NCBI RefSeq assembly: GCF_006345805.1
Contig: NC_043017.1
Coordinates: 17,794,001 to 17,858,000 of the forward strand
Source of the DNA: Octopus sinensis
Taxonomy: Eukaryota
DNA: 64,000 bases
Reading direction: 5' to 3'
The notes under the pieces: model-generated
What the model was told of the DNA's origin: nothing
Database searches by the model: none
Seen by the model: only the letters and a program-made list of their open reading frames with translations
Part shown: in pieces, positions 49,505-61,801 of the stretch
How the letters are laid out: every line of letters begins with the position of its first letter
How positions within the stretch are numbered: the first letter of the stretch is position 1
Made by a program: the position numbers and the translations under genes

Positions 49505-49683
49505 CATGATAGATCGTTAGCCACTACACACATTTTTTTCTCTCCTTGTTTTTTCTGTGTCCCTTTCTGTAGAAGAGCGTGGGCTCGAAACGTAAGACTT
49601 TATCTATTCTTGAGCGTTATACTAATACATCTGTTTGTTTTGTACACCACCTGTCTTCGTCTTTTGTTTTTTTCGTAAACTCT

Positions 49684-49688
<5 letters not shown>
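49505..49688 (+). mobile_element. Short Penelope-related element (second subfamily) ending at (TA)n
   Basis: CTTT-CTGTAGA-AGAGC-GTGG-GCTC-GAAACGTA; downstream TTCTTGAGCGT..TAATAC..TTTGTT shared with 24385-24592. Confidence 0.55.
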
Positions 49689-49742
<54 letters not shown>

Positions 49743-49743
49743 T

Positions 49744-50245
49744 ATCATATCCCCAACAAAGATGTCCTCAAGCAAGCAGGAATACCAAGCATGTTTGCAC
49801 TCCTCACACAAAGACATATGAGATGGCTTGGACATGTTAGCCATATGGAAGATGGCAGAATCCCCAAGGACATGGAGAGCTTGCTAGGGACACTAGGTCT
49901 GTGAGAAGACTGTTCTTACGATACAAGGATGTTTGCAAAAGGGACATGAAGGCCTATGACATCAATATTAGCAACCGTGGAGTTTGGCAACGTACCGTAA
50001 AAGAGGGAATACAAAGGAGTGACAGAGAGAGAGAGGAGAAATGGAAAGACAAGAAAAGACGTCAACAAGAAACTATGACAGTACAACCAGCCAGGCAAAG
50101 TCTTTGCTACATTTGTGGCACCTGCCAGAGGGAGTGTTTGTTCAGGATAGGACTACATTGCCACAGCAGGAGATGTATTAGGACATGAAATCTGAAACCT
50201 GGACTAGATTATTTCATGCGAAACTCCATTGTCTCCTGAGACAAA
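49744..50245 (+). mobile_element. RTE-clade LINE 3' end
   Basis: HIPNKDVLKQAGIPS..MRWLGHV.HMEDGRIPKD..RYKDVCKRDMK..R.VW...YICGTCQREC..RIGLHCHSRRC; tail CCATTGTCTCCTGAGAC..(CAA)n. Confidence 0.88.
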
Positions 50246-50269
50246 AAGCATACCAACAACAACAACATA

Positions 50270-50455
50270 TATATATATTATATAAAATCCATTCTGTGTG
50301 TGTGTGTGTGTGTGTCTTCTAGGATCTCGGGCATCCTCCATCCGATTGTGCTCAAACTTGATATGTAGATACCGACAGTATCAGGGCATGTTTAAGTCTT
50401 GAAAAAATTACAAAAATCGATTCCAGGTGAGAATGCGATCGATAAAGCCGTTTTT
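50270..50455 (+). mobile_element. Non-autonomous Helitron 5' fragment
   Basis: TATATATAAAAT..(TG)n..ATCTCGGGCATCCTCCATCCGATTGTGCTCAAACTTG, the typical 5' block of such elements. Confidence 0.5.
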
Positions 50456-51439
50456 GTCCTGCTATTCTTCTGTCAACCTGTACATAACTGCACCTTCCAT
50501 TTTTTGTTGTTTTTGTACTGCTTAAAGGCACGTTTCTTTCCTGCCAAGCTTACTGTTTAAACCGTGTTTGTGTTCTCCCAGTCAAGAAATGGCTCCCAAA
50601 TCTCCCTCAAATTATACTGAGGGGCCTAGAAAAAGGTAATAAAAAAAACAGTAAAGGATGTATTGGATCCCTAATACATAAAAATTGTTGGATGTCTACA
50701 ATACCTTTAATTAAAGATCTGCTAGATCAGGGCTTACCTAAGGTTAAGCAACAAGTACATATTTACATATGTAATGTGTGTGTGTGTAGTCTGGTTGATG
50801 TTCAAAGTGATCTGTCAGTGCCTTTCCAGCTGTCTATGGTTACCATTTATGATGCTGCATACAATGTGAAGATTAATGGTATTTTCAGACCGTGCTGGCT
50901 GATCTTTCGAAACTTGTAGAATCAATAGCTGTTGCGGAATGGTGCACTCATGCATGAAGTACAGTTCCATGGAGCTGAACTATTTGTGTGTTTCTGTGAA
51001 GGTTTGTGGTGGTGGTGGTGAAAGAGAGAGAGAGAGAGAGTATTAGATGTGGGGTGGTGTGTAAAGTGGGTGGGGAAACATGAATGGCAGTGTTCAGTGT
51101 TTGTATTGACAGGTTGAGGGTGAGAGAGAGTTCTCATTCGGTTGGAAAGGTGGAGCGAAAAGAGTAGTGCTAATGTTGGCAGGGGACTGTAGTTAAAGCA
51201 TCATCATAATCATAAATGTAACCCTCGACATCATCACCATCATCATGTCTCCATTGTCTTCATCATCATCATCATCATCATCATTGTCTTTGTTACAGCT
51301 AATGCTTGTTTTCTGCATGTTTTACATGCTATTACATGGGTCAGTTAACTGGATGTCTCCATAGCAACTCAGTAGAAAGAAGTGAGGTGGTTTATTTGCA
51401 CATACTAAAATAGTCTTTGAAATACACACTCTTATATAT

Positions 51440-52269
51440 ATATATTTCAACGAATATGACATCAAAATCACGTGTAAACGGCTCCTTTCCCCCAAAAAGG
51501 AAAGATTTGACTGCTATTTCTTGCACGCCCTGCTACCACGTAATAGCTATTTCAGGTCCAGGTCCTTTATCACAGATAGCTGTTACATAGTGGCAGGACG
51601 TGCTAGGAATAGCAGTCAAATCTTTGGAGGTGAGATACATTGAATGCACTCAAAATAAACCTGTGGAAAAACTTTATTTCACACTGAGGTTATGAATGGG
51701 TCTTTTACGAAATATTTACCATATTTTTGAAGTCATTTTCACTTTGAAATATTTTTTGAATATGCCAAAAAAATTTTTGTAATGGTATTCACTTGAAAAT
51801 AATTTTTTAAAAATTTTAATATTGTCTGTGTAAAGAAAGCTAAAATATAAATGCTTACTGTACAAACAACTTTCACACTCACTCAAAAATATTTCTAAAT
51901 GATAAAAATATTGTTTAACAAAGCGAAAATAGAAACATTTACTGTAAAAACAAATCGTATTTTTTCATTGGCAAGTTAGTCATTTAGACTTTTGCCCATT
52001 ATAATGTGTCTAATCGAAAGGTTAGAGTTTCTTCCTTTTCAGGGTTAAGTTATTTTCAGAGTATTTTCCCATTATGCACTGTTTTGGGTATTTATACCAC
52101 ACCCTATTTCAAGAGCCAGTGGTCCAATTTACATGAAACTTGTTTTATTCCATTTGTATTCACATTTCTGGGGCAGTTTACTTTCAAATTATTTTCCCAT
52201 TATGAGCCAGTTTGGCTGTGTAACATTCCAAGCAAGCAAGATTGAAGTTCATTTTTAATAGTATATAGA
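51440..52269 (-). mobile_element. Non-autonomous Helitron, 3'-truncated at (TA)n
   Basis: Minus strand starts A|TCTATATACTATTAAAAATGAACTTCAATCTTGCTTGC; both blocks recur at 56290-56880. Confidence 0.7.
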
Positions 52270-53337
52270 TTACACACACACACACATTTATACATATGCA
52301 TTAAAACTGGATGACATGTCTAGCTTAGGACCTCTTTCTTGGGAGATCTATGGAAAAGAGTTATTTGTTGACACTACAGGACACAAAAATCAGTGATAAC
52401 AACTTTTCTCCATAGATTTCCTGATGTGGAAGTCCTAACTCTGCAATACTGAAATACCAGGCAAAACTGTTAACCTGTTTATTTTTTTAAATTGCATTGT
52501 TTTGACTTCAGTATATATATTTGTGTGTGTAAATATTTCTTGCATGGAAGTTGATGATGTAGCTCTGAGTAGATTATAAAACAGCTGTAACCTCTACAAA
52601 ATTATAGATTTCAAATTTTGGGGGTGAGGGTAAGTCTATTACATCAACCCCAGTGCTTAACTGGCACTTGTTTTACTGACCCTGAAAGGATGAAAGGCAA
52701 AGTTGACCTTGGTGGAATTTGAATGCAGAACAAAATGCAGTTAAGCATTTTTCCCGGTTTGCTAATGATTCTGCCAACTCATTGCCTTCAACCTCTACAG
52801 AAATATGATAACTTTTTGCCTATAACACTTTTCTATGTTTATTATATACTCCACAACAGCAACAGTACTGTTCGTATATCCTGAATTTTTAGGTGCTTAA
52901 TCCTGTTAAAATACATTTGTTATTAAATTACTTTGGTGACCTGATAGCTGGGTTTTTGACCAGAGTACTTACTGTGGGTTCTGCTTGATTCTTTGAATTT
53001 CCTGTTTTTTCAAGTGTGCCTGGGTTAGAATAACCTTCTTCAGCCCAGCATCTGACAATTTATTACAGTTCCTAGTCATTTCATTTTTTAGCTACAACCA
53101 AACTCTTGAGGTCAACCTTCGTCACCATTTTATCTTTGCATGTTTTCTTTAAATTACTTAACCTTAAGCATCTTGACATCAACCTTTAACACACATTTTA
53201 TGGTCTTCTTCTATCCATTTCATTATGAAGCTAAATACTCTTGGGTATTTTTATTAAATATGTATATATGTGTCTGATAATACACACACACACATGCCGC
53301 ACACATACAGATCTTGATCTGCGTACATTCTCAGATA

Positions 53338-54199
53338 CAGAGTGTGATGGGTTAATTGTCACCATTTTATATTTGTAATTTCACACATGTACATGGTTTG
53401 TTTTTTATTTTGTCGACTACGCAGTATAGTAGGGTCAGTTGGGCACCATCTGTGTGAAAAACAGCACCATGACGCAATTCACTCTGCCAGAAATTTGGAA
53501 ATGACATGCTGTACTGCTTGGCATTCATGGCAGAAGCTCAAATACGAACATTTCAGAGTGTTTGGGTGTCAATCTGAGGATATATACCAAGAGTAATAAG
53601 AATTAAACATCCAGTCAACATCATGGTGTTTGGAATGATCACTAGTGATGGTGTCATTATACCTCCATTCATCTTTCGACATGGCCTCAGATGGAGGCCT
53701 ACATCAAGAGCCTGGAGGAGGTAGTGCTGCCCTTGGTCAAGAGGGTGGCTGCTAGAAGATCCTATGTCTGGCAACAAGACTCTGCACCATGCCACAGAAG
53801 CAAGAGAACCCAGTTGTGGCTGTCAAACAATTTCTGCAACCACATCACTCCTAACATCTGGTCACCTAACTCCCTAGACTGCCACCCCTTCTTTATTATA
53901 TGTGGGTCACAGTTGGGTGAGAGACCAACAAAACTCCTTGTAACACCAAAGATGAACTGAAGGCAAGGATTATGGCAGCATTCAGCAACTTAAACAAGGA
54001 GACTGTCCAGAAGAGTTGCAGAAGATTCCAAAGTCGTCTGGAGGCTGTGGTTGAAGCCAATGGCGATTTTATTGAATAAATGTACTCTTTAGTATTTCAA
54101 GATCTTTCTATGTAATTTTGGTAAATATATCTGTTAAAATGAGATGTTAGTGTTATTTTCGTTTTTGAGTAATTTAGACAGTTTATTCACCGCACCCTG
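53338..54199 (+). mobile_element. Internally deleted DD37D (maT) Tc1/mariner element
   Basis: TA-flanked degenerate TIRs (CAGAGTGTGATGGGTTAATTGTC / GACAGTTTATTCACCGCACCCTG); KHPVNIMVFG..EAYIKSLEEVVLP..VWQQDSAPCHRSK..WSPNSLDCHP(F/D); 37 residues separate the second D from the frameshifted third-D position; ends LEAVVEANGDFIE*. Confidence 0.88.
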
Positions 54200-54229
54200 T
54201 ATATATCAGTACTCCATCAGTTATGATAG

Positions 54230-54510
54230 TGATGGTTCCAGTTGATCCAATCAATGAAACAGCCTGCTCATGAAATAAACATACAAGTGGCTGAGCACTC
54301 CACAGGCATGTATATCCCTAATGTAATTCTCAAGGAGATTCTGTGTGACACAGAATGTGATACGGTTGGCCCTTTGAATTTACAGGTACAGCTCAATTTT
54401 GCTAACTGAATTGACTGGAGTTATGTTATGCTCAAGGAAAACATGCCACCAGAAATTGGACACATGACCTTACAATCATGAGCCAAATACTTTAACCACT
54501 AAGCTATAGG
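54230..54510 (-). mobile_element. Degenerate tRNA-derived SINE with GTGTCCTTGAGCAAGACAC-type motif
   Basis: Minus head AGCTTAGTGGTTAAAGTATTTGGCTCATGA.. then TTCCTTGAGCATAAC; related fragments at about 17045-17150 and 48340-48430. Confidence 0.5.
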
Positions 54511-55326
54511 ACTTTTTATCCCTCATGTATACATATGTACATACATACACATGAAATGGTATGCATGTATAAAACCCATCACAAAATACCTCACAGACCA
54601 CCCTTTCCTAAAGGGCAGTAACTCTGACACATAGCTTGCCCCCTATAATTGTTCTAGTGTTGATGGCACCATAAAATGCACCCAACCCATCTGTAAAGTG
54701 ATAGGAAGGTTACCAGGCCGAAAAAAACCATTCCAAAACAACGAGGTTGTGTTGTTTTGTGTGACAGATAACATGGGTGTGCAGCTGTAATGAGTAGTAA
54801 GATACTATGTAACTCATGCACACACATACACATTCATTATTTGCTATTGTAATCAAGTTATTGAAAAACAACAGAAACATACATTTACTGATAAAGGGAC
54901 TCAAAACCTGAGGTGGAAATTATTGATTATATTGACTTGTCTGCGACCTCAGTGAATAAACCATCAAGGGTGAAATGTGAGGACCCAGTCAAAAGGTGAG
55001 AATAATGAACCGTTTCCGGGGTGGTAGAGTAACGGAATCATGTTATCTATTCCTGCTCTTTGAGTTCTAAGTTCAAATTCTGTTTAGAAATTTCAATAAC
55101 CAGGATTAATCATCAGACCATAACAGATTAGGAAAGCAATAGCATGTAGTGAAAGATTGTAGTCACCTGATAACAGCTGATTGATGGTAGTGATGGTGTC
55201 TGTGGTAGTGGATAAGGATGCTGTTGGTGGTGGTACTATTGATGATGATGACTGTTATTTTCAGAATTGTACTTGCAAGACCAGTCATTTCCTCTGTAAA
55301 AGTGAGTTGTAAACAAAACAATTACA

Positions 55327-55729
55327 GGCGCAGGAGTGGCTGTGTGGTAAGTAGCTTGCTTACCAACCACATGGTACTGGGTTCAGTCCCACTGCGTGGC
55401 ACCTTGGGCAAGTGTCTTCTACTATAGCCTCGGGCCGACCAAAGCCTTGTGAGTGGATTTGGTAGACGGAAACTGAAAGAAGCCCGTCGTATATATGTAT
55501 ATATATATATATATGTGCATGTATGTTTGTGTGTCTGTATTTGTTCCCCTAGCATTGCCTGACAACCGATGCTGGTGTGTTTGTGTCCCCGTCACTTAGT
55601 GGTTCGGCAAAAGAGACCGATAGAATAAGTACTGGGCTTACAAAGACTAAGTCCCGGGGTCGAGTTGCTCGATTAAAGGCGGTGCTCCAGCATGGCCGCA
55701 GTCAAATTACTGAAACAAATAAAAGAGAG
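55327..55729 (+). mobile_element. Family B CORE-like SINE, full length
   Basis: GGCGCAGGAGTGGCTGTGTGGTAAG (A box), GGGTTCAGTCCC (B box), GGCACCTTGGGCAAGTGTCTT, central microsatellite, conserved tail. Confidence 0.92.
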
Positions 55730-55914
55730 TGTTGAAGATTCACAAAAGCCATACACAACATGCATGCACTGACACAAAACATACAAAATACACACATAGA
55801 TGTACACAAACATATACACTAAGAGATATGACACACACCCAACTGCTGTACTGTGTCCACTTTCGTTATACATTCTACTAGATGACATTGTACTTTAGTG
55901 TTGTGTTAATATAA

Positions 55915-56133
55915 CAGAAACATTAGCACGCTGGGCGAAATGCGTAGCCGTATTTCGTCTGCTGTTACGTTGTGAGTTCAAATTCCGCCGAGGTCGACTT
56001 TGCCTTTCATCCTTTCAGGGTTGATAAATTAAGTACCAGTTGCGCACTGGGGTTGATGTAATCAACTTAATACCTATGTCTGCCCTTGTTTGTCCCCTCT
56101 ATGTTTAGTCCCTTGTGGGTAATAAAGAAATAA
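55915..56133 (+). mobile_element. Family A SINE, slightly 5'-truncated
   Basis: Consensus match. Confidence 0.88.
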
Positions 56134-56289
56134 GTTAGAGTTGGACAACAAACCAAGGAGAACATTTTGACATTTATGATGTATATGTAGGTTATGAGAT
56201 GTATAGTATATATGAGGTATGTAAGGCATTAGACATATAAACACTAGACTACCTGTGACCTGTTGTGTCACCAATAGTTTGAAGTACCT

Positions 56290-56880
56290 GAACCCCACCT
56301 CTTAGCTCAAAAGCCAGTGATCTGATTTATGCAAAACTGGTTTTATTCTGTTTGTATTCACATTTTAGGGACACCTTACTTTCAAATTATTTTCCCGTTA
56401 TGCGCTGATTTGGCTGAGTAACATTCCAAGCAAGCAAGATTGAAGTTAATTTTTAATAGTATACTAGACTACCCATGACCGGTTGGGCCACCAGTTTCCC
56501 AGCAATGTAGTTTTGTTTCATGGGTTTTTCTTTCCCAGGTTATTTTGTATGCTTTCAATGAATGTGACATTGAAATTACATGTAAGCAGCTCCTTTCCCT
56601 AGAAAAGGAAAGATTTGGCTGCTATTTCTTGCACGTCGTGCTACTACATAGCAGGTATTTTAGGTCCTTTATCATTATTATTAATAGCAGTTACGTGGTA
56701 GCAGGGCATGCTAGAAATAGCAGCCAAATCTTTGGAAGTGAGATACATTGAATGCACTCAAAAAACACCCATGGAAAAAATTATTTCACATTGAGGTTAC
56801 GAATGGGTCTTTTACAAAATATTTATGCCAAAAAGAATTTTTGTAATGGTATCCACTTGAAAGTAATTTTAAAAACAACT
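56290..56880 (-). mobile_element. Head-to-tail junction of two non-autonomous Helitron units
   Basis: On the minus strand the 3' hairpin plus CTAG (56464-56467) is followed directly by the 5'-end sequence TATACTATTAAAA seen at 52269. Confidence 0.65.
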
Positions 56881-56964
56881 GTATCTCACCATCCAGACAG
56901 TCAGACTACCAACCACACTATCACCCAAATATCAACCTTGTACAATTCAGTGTGCACCATTAAC

Positions 56965-57305
56965 CATGGCTGTGTGGTAAGTAGCTTGCTAACCAACCAC
57001 ATGGTTCCAGGTTCAGTCCCACTGCGTGGCATCTTGTGCAAGTGTCTTCTGCTGTAGCGAATTTGGTTGATGGAAACTGAAAGAAGCCTGTCGTATATAT
57101 GTATGTGTTTTTTCTGTGTTTGTCCCTCTAGCATTGCTTGACAACCGATGCTGGTGTGTTTACGTCCCCGTCACTTAGCAGTTCGGCAAAAAGAGACCGA
57201 TAGAATAAGTACTGGGCTTACAAAGAATAAGTCCCGGGGTCGATTTGCTCGACTAAAGGCGGTGCTCCAGCATGGCCACAGTCAAATGACTGAAACAAGT
57301 AAAAG
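56965..57305 (+). mobile_element. Family B SINE (internal deletion)
   Basis: Collinear with 55327-55729. Confidence 0.85.
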
Positions 57306-58360
57306 TAACTGGCTAGTAATAGCAGTTACATCTCTCTCAAAATACTGCATACCATCTTCAACAAGGGGTGGGGATACATTGCATAATGTAATCCAAGACA
57401 ATGTTCAGGAGAAAGCTAGGAAGGGCATGACTGGAATATTTTTTATTAAAGTTTGCTCCATCAGGGCCTCAACAACAACCAACATTTATTGCTAGTCAGT
57501 GAAATATTCACTAACACCTTGAGTAGAGAACTTAGACATAACCCATTTATGTGAAAGGTTCCCATTGATTTTGACCAATAAACTGCTGCTGTCACTTAAC
57601 GTTGGTGTTGTCAACTGGATCAATGCTGCAACTATGGATTTTCTTTATCCATCTCATGAAAAACTAGTGCAATTTTACATTTGTAACTGGTGGTGGTGAG
57701 AGGGTCTACAACAAGTGGTGGTGTGTCTGGGGAGGGTTCTGCAACTGGTGATGATGGTGGAGAAGATCTGCATTATTATTTATATTATTATATTTTTTAT
57801 TCCCTTTTTACTGTTGCAATTACATTTTCTTTCTTGTTTGTTGGTTGTAGAATAGTTAAAACTTCTTACTTGAAATGTGTTTTTTTTTCCTATTTTGGTA
57901 ACAAAATAGCAGGGGTGAGAAGAATAATTGATGGCTGTTATTGCCAGAGAAGCTAAAGACCCAGTTTAAGTGACATGGTAATCATAATAATTTTTGGCAC
58001 AAGGCCAGCAATTTTGTAGAAGGGGCAAGTTGATTGCATCAACACCAATGGTCAACTGGTACTATATCTTATCAGCCCTGAAAGGATGAAAGGTATAGTT
58101 GACCTCAGCTGAATTTGAACTCAGAACATGAAACCAGAAAAAATATTGCTAATCATTTTGCCCAGCATATTGATTCTGCCATTCCTGTAACTTAGCAGTT
58201 CACCAAAGAGATCAATAGAATAAGTACCAGGCTTAAAAAAAATAAAAAGTACTGGTGTTAATTCATTTGACTAAAAATTCTTCATGGTAGCACCCATCAT
58301 GGTTACAGTTTAATGACTGAAACAAGTAAAAGATATATATATATATATATATATATATAT

Positions 58361-58588
58361 CATGTGATCACGTGACCGACCAGACCATCAGATGTTGCTA
58401 CACATCGCTGGTCACAATGCGTTCGCATTGTTTTAGCCTTCGAATGACGCCACCCCCTGCCGGAGCCTCGTGGAGCTTTTAGGTGTTTTCGCTCAATAAA
58501 CACACACAACGCCCGGTCTGGGAATCGAAACCGCAATCCTACGACTGCGAGTCCGCTGCCTTAACCACTGGGCCTTTGCGCCTCCACA
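58361..58588 (-). mobile_element. Family D SINE, internally deleted
   Basis: Collinear with 38962-39264 but lacks the middle segment of about 80 bp. Confidence 0.88.
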
Positions 58589-58602
58589 CATATATATATA
58601 TA

Positions 58603-58980
58603 CTAGTAGTAAATCCCGGTGTTGCTCGTGTTGCAATTGTTCATCGCCGCATGCCCAATATCATTTGACTCTTTAGATAAAAGGACAAAAGAGCAGATAT
58701 TCGATTGGTTGAGAAAAGAAGACACTGCTTCAGAAGTATGTCTGATTCACTGTCTACTTTCCACACCAAAGAGGATATGGATAGACTGTAGGCGCTGGAA
58801 AGAAGTGTTTTTTTTTTCTTTTTCAATTTGTTCTGTCTCTCAAAGGAAGTGCCCTAAAAGCAGGCATTATTTTGCAACCTGTTGCCAAGAGCCTAATGCA
58901 TATAAAATTGCCACTTATTCTTTATTTTTTATTTTCCTAAAATTTTTGTTGCGTCTTGCAACCTTGTCGATAGTCTTGAC
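58603..58980 (-). mobile_element. Helitron 3' end fragment
   Basis: Minus strand ends CACGAGCAACACCGGGATTTACTACTAG|T (decayed hairpin plus CTAG); 5' extent uncertain. Confidence 0.45.
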
Positions 58981-59009
58981 TCTGTCCATTATTTACACTA
59001 CGTTCCTTT

Positions 59010-59420
59010 TTGTTTGTTTGTGTATATATGTGTGGGTCACTGTGTGTGTATGTGCGTATGTATGTGTGTATGTATGCATGTATGTATGTATATATGTGTG
59101 TGTATGCATATGTATATATGTGTGTCTGTGTGTGCATCTCTATGTATGTATTCCGCATATTCACGTGCTTGCATGTCTGTGTTTGTGTATTTTCTATGTA
59201 TGCATATGTGTGAGCGTGTGTTTGTATATGTATGCACCTCTGTCTCCTTGTGTGTACATGTCTGTGTGTGTGTGTGTTTTACAACTATGTACCATGTTCA
59301 TATGTATGGATGTGGATCTCTGTATGTGTGGACCCATGTCTCCATATGTGTCCTTGTGTGGAGTAAAGTGTGTGTGTGTGTATATATGGTCATGTGTTTC
59401 AGTCTCCATTTGCGTATGTG
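59010..59420. repeat. Degenerate (TG)/(TATG) microsatellite field
   Basis: Direct inspection; accounts for most of the 282-aa ORF. Confidence 0.9.
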
Positions 59421-59627
59421 TGCTTGTCTGTTCTTATAACCTATGTACCTATCCGTCTGTCTGTTGATCTGTTTATTTTCATATCCATATGCTTACATAC
59501 AAAAAAAATAAATACATGTGCATACACACACTCACACCCACACACATACTTACATCTATCTACATAATAGTCCACTAACTATTCTACTCTACCCGTGTAA
59601 ACTGTGGGTATGGAGGTATGATATCTA

Positions 59628-59975
59628 CTATGTATATTTCCTATTTAGTATTGGGGAGGTTTCATTTATAAGGACATACTCTTGTATTTGTCTGAGTGTT
59701 GGGCCTTTTGGGTGCTTGGATATGATGCCGATGTCAAGTTGACCCAAGTTGCCTCCGTGGTGGTCTTTGGCATATTGGTAGAGTATGGAGGACTGTTTTT
59801 TGTCATCATATTGTCTCAGATGTCCATTTAGTCATTCCACAATGCTACTAGATGTCTCCCCTATGTACATGATGTTCATGTCTTTACAAGCACCTTCTAT
59901 GCATCTTATGCTTTAAACTACATTTCGAGTTCTACAGTTAATGCCAGGGCTAATCCTACATACCATGCAGTTATC
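59628..59975 (-). pseudogene. Penelope-like element GIY-YIG endonuclease remnant
   Basis: DNCMVCRISPGINCRTRNVV*SIRCIEGACKDMNIMYIGETSSSIVE*LNGHLRQY..SILYQYAKDHHGG..PTLRQIQEYVLINETSPILNRK*; NVV(Y), YIGET, (R), H, E and LN positions match GIY-YIG. It has two in-frame stops and is truncated at (TA)n. It is missed by the ORF track. Confidence 0.88.
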
Positions 59976-60031
<56 letters not shown>

Positions 60032-60238
60032 GTGGGCACCATTCATTGGAAAGTTAGCTTCATTAATCGTTAATCCGTCAAGCAAAAAAGTTAACATTGT
60101 TAATTGTTAATCCGTTAATTCTTTGAAAAAGTATCAGAAGTTAACATCAATCTGTTAGTGTTAACTTTTATTGAGAAAGGCATAACTACAGTTTAATACC
60201 CCACTGATTTTTGTTGCCTCATAACTTTCAGAATAATA

Positions 60239-60380
60239 TAAGGTTGTCCCAAAAGTTCGTAGAAAGTCTTGGAAAATAATGGTCTTTATTTTGAGGAATA
60301 ATTTTTGTTGTTTTTGTTAGTACTTGGCGAGTAAAAATTCAATTTTCGCAAGTGTTTACGAACTTTTGGGACAACCTAAT
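60239..60380. mobile_element. mariner-type MITE
   Basis: TIRs AGGTTGTCCCAAAAGTTCGTA / TACGAACTTTTGGGACAACCT. Confidence 0.8.
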
Positions 60381-61649
60381 TACTTTTTAATTAAACTTTC
60401 ACCTAATAATCGCTTATATCCTGTAGATTTAGTATATGTAAAGATTTGTTGCAAAACATTTTCCAACTGGTTGGGGAGAGGAGTTTTGGAAAATTCACAG
60501 GATCTGACTTTTTTCCCCCTTCATAACTTTCTGGAAATGTTAGACAAATACGTGTGAAATGGTGTAGATTACGATTTCAAAGAAATTTGTAGGCAAAATT
60601 TTTGGAAGTGGGTTGGTAGGGGGAGTTTCGGCTCAGATAGCCTACCTAAGTTGGAATTACCCCATTTTGATGGGGATTTTTTTCCAATGTTTTCACCAAA
60701 GTTTTCAGAATGTTGGGAGGCATCTTTTCACAAAAAAAAAAGAAATTATGTAAATTTTTTTTTTTCACTCCCACCAACTCCTCACCACCCCAGTCCGAAA
60801 TGATTTTGGCCTTTTCTTTTTTTTTTCAATACATACTTAAAAACCATGAAGGAAGCATTTTTGGTTTTTAAAAAGATTGTTAATAATTTCAGAGGAAAAT
60901 GTGTGATTTAAAGGAGATCTGGCTGTTGTTTCTAGCACATCCCAACACCTACTTCCTCGTTTCTTTCTCACACATCTATCGATATTTTTCAATGCTTTTT
61001 TCCCCATAAACAAATTTTATGGAATAATTATGTCAAAGTACCACACGTGTAGTCCCAACCGAGCAAGGCCATGTTATGTGTGTGTGTTCGTAAGAAAAAA
61101 AGACACCTAAAAACTTCTTTAGTGTTCCTATTAATCTGTCAAATGTGATGCTTATTTGATCATGCTATTTTGAATTATGCAGGTTCAAGAGGGGTGTTCA
61201 CAATATTGGCTTGTAACTTTGTAAATTTCTTACATACAGGTTTGCAAAAATTGTCAGTGGGTGCTTTATATACCACTTGTTTATTAAGTAATTTTAGCTG
61301 ATCTTGCTGACTAAATTTGACTTTTATGGACAGGTAAATTTAATTAACAGGTGTAAAAGCAATAATATTATGGATAAACATTAAAATTGAAATTCTTAAT
61401 GCATCTTACCTGTTTGGTTTGTTATTAAAATTATCCCAGATGGCAACCGACAAAAATTTTGCCACTTTTTAAGATGAGGTACATTGATTTGAATTAGTTA
61501 AAGTACAGGTATAATCGGTACACGATTTTATTCTTTCGGTAAATATTTCATACCTCAATGTGAAATAATTTTTTCGACAGTTTTTTTTCGGTGCATTCAA
61601 AGTATCTGACCCCCAAACCTGTTGCAAGCCACCTTTTTCTGTGAAAATA

Positions 61650-61742
61650 AAAAACATTGAGACACCATTCTTGTCTAGAGTAGAGGCTCCACGTCTCACT
61701 ACTATAAAGTAGTGTACTAAGTATGCATGCCTTATAGACAAC
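61650..61742 (-). mobile_element. RTE RT internal fragment
   Basis: VYKACILSTLLYSSETWSLYSRQEWCLNVF matches the RTE VYKA.VLSTLLYGSETW..Y..QE..LN.F motif. Confidence 0.7.
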
Positions 61743-61762
61743 AAAACTGGCTGCAAACACCA

Positions 61763-61789
<27 letters not shown>

Positions 61790-61801
<12 letters not shown>

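Noticed and set aside
58619-59467. 282-aa ORF, the longest in the track
   Set aside because: It is a mosaic of a Helitron-like fragment and (TG/TATG)n; composition is low-complexity C/V/Y/M.
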